A stretch of 64,000 nucleotides of DNA from a virus (lineage: Duplodnaviria; Caudoviricetes): the IMG/VR virus record IMGVR_UViG_3300026059_000005, positions 3,177 to 67,176 of that record. The stretch is one strand, 5' to 3'. The stretch's first letter is position 1; every line of letters begins with the position of its first letter. Both the position numbers and the translations under genes were made by a program. Below the pieces are notes generated by a model that saw only the letters and a list, made by a program, of their open reading frames with translations, had not been told where the DNA came from and did not search any database. Of this stretch, positions 63,147 through 64,000 are shown in pieces.

Positions 63147-64000
63147 CTACTTCAGTAGTTTGATGCCTTCCCTAAGGGTCATGCCGGTATCCTCTTCCTC
63201 CGGCGGCTCCTGATTGATCATGGCCTTGGCCGCCTCGCGGGTTTCGCCGCGGTACGTCCGGTTGTACCACTCCTCGGCCAGCTGCAAGCGGTAGAGCTCC
63301 TCCTCGCTCAAGGTTTCCTTGAACTTGGCCTGATCCTTTTTGGCGAGCTGTCCCAGGGGGTGGGCCCGCTTGATGGCGCCGATCTCCGCCTTCTCCGTTC
63401 CGCCCAGGTCGCGGTACCGCTGCAGGTATTTGGCCGCGGCCTTGATGTCGCCAAACTTCAAGGCCTGCTTGTAATAGTACATGGCATCGGCCTTGTCCTT
63501 TGGATCCGGCCCGGCGTCCTGTTTGTAATCGGACACGATCCGCGTCACATCGTAATAGGCCATCTCCCCGGGGTCCGATGTGTAGGTCAGCAGGCCCGCC
63601 AGGTCGTTAAATATTTGTTTGTAGATGTCGTCGCCACGCTTGGGGCGGCCGGCCGCCCAGTTGTAAACGCTTCCCAGGCTGAAAGTGCGTGCAATGTATT
63701 CAACCCGGTCCCGGATTGTCCGCGGATGGAACGGATCCGGGTAGAACGATTTGCCGCTCAAGAGCTCGGCAAATGCCTTGACGTCAGGCCTGACTGCGCC
63801 GATGACCTTCTTGGGGGTGGCCAGCAGCATATCTTTGGCCTGGTCGCTGATCGACTTCTTGCCGGCGATCATCTTGGTGACATCGGCCACCGCGGTTTCC
63901 AGGCCGAACCAGGAGAGCGCATCGGAGAACGCCCCCTGCAGGCGCATGGTGATGATGCTGCCATCCTCGCGCCGGCCAAGTATCAGATGCATCTGATACT
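63147..64000 (-). CDS. C-terminal part of a large polyvalent/ejection protein (runs in from the right edge)
   Basis: Frame is open from the window edge (xYQMHLILGRREDG...GAFSDALSWFGL...PDPFHPRTIRDR..YIA..FSL). This resembles the helical C-terminal (LPD38-like) region of large polyvalent proteins. Confidence 0.75.
   Translation of the reverse strand, partial: YQMHLILGRREDGSIITMRLQGAFSDALSWFGLETAVADVTKMIAGKKSISDQAKDMLLATPKKVIGAVRPDVKAFAELLSGKSFYPDPFHPRTIRDRVEYIARTFSLGSVYNWAAGRPKRGDDIYKQIFNDLAGLLTYTSDPGEMAYYDVTRIVSDYKQDAGPDPKDKADAMYYYKQALKFGDIKAAAKYLQRYRDLGGTEKAEIGAIKRAHPLGQLAKKDQAKFKETLSEEELYRLQLAEEWYNRTYRGETREAAKAMINQEPPEEEDTGMTLREGIKLLK

Noticed and set aside
1-64000. Joining base 1 directly to base 64000 keeps the giant ORF in frame (…SDAL-K-YQMHLILG…), suggesting the window is the exact circular genome
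   Set aside because: An in-frame join has a 1-in-3 chance. The left edge is still inside QSDW copy 2, before the GEGM..FY segment seen in copy 1, so sequence is probably missing.
1-64000. Alternative genetic code / stop-codon recoding
   Set aside because: Standard code 11 gives long, tightly coupled genes throughout, and TAA, TAG and TGA all occur at sensible gene ends.

Overview
The window is almost entirely one GC-rich tailed dsDNA phage genome. The morphology is probably podovirus-like: I found a portal, coat, scaffold, adaptor/nozzle-like genes and ejection proteins, but no tape measure or sheath. Three blocks are visible. (1) A long minus-strand late region (1-47.0 kb, continuing at 62.2-64 kb): lysis and packaging genes, terS/terL, portal, scaffold, major capsid, tail, a 1764-aa modular fibre and ejection proteins. 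(2) A minus-strand replication/regulation block (47.0-50.4 kb) with a Cro-like HTH, an initiator gene containing iterons, and a loader-like gene. (3) A plus-strand early/recombination block (50.6-61.7 kb) driven by a near-consensus sigma70 promoter. The ORF track misses the most important gene because it runs off the left edge. By manual translation, a minus-strand frame starts at ATG 8611 and stays open to base 1 (>2870 aa; frame confirmed at many anchor points, not every codon). It is a polyvalent, probably injected, protein with GNAT, ADP-ribosyltransferase, intact JAB/JAMM plus degenerate JAB, non-canonical radical-SAM-like, and two tandem QSDW domains. These are separated by a recurring [FA]-S-[VLM]-[RKN] linker. 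The right edge (63147-64000) looks like the C-terminus of the same kind of protein, so the window may cover nearly all of a circular or permuted genome. Other highlights are an Acb2/Tad1-like nucleotide-sponge candidate next to the endolysin, a Rad50/SbcC-like ATPase split into two genes at its CxxC hook, a nested fibre architecture, and an insulated one-gene cassette with a consensus promoter. I saw no integrase, tRNA, CRISPR array or reverse transcriptase. All family assignments are by-eye motif recognition; no database searches were run.
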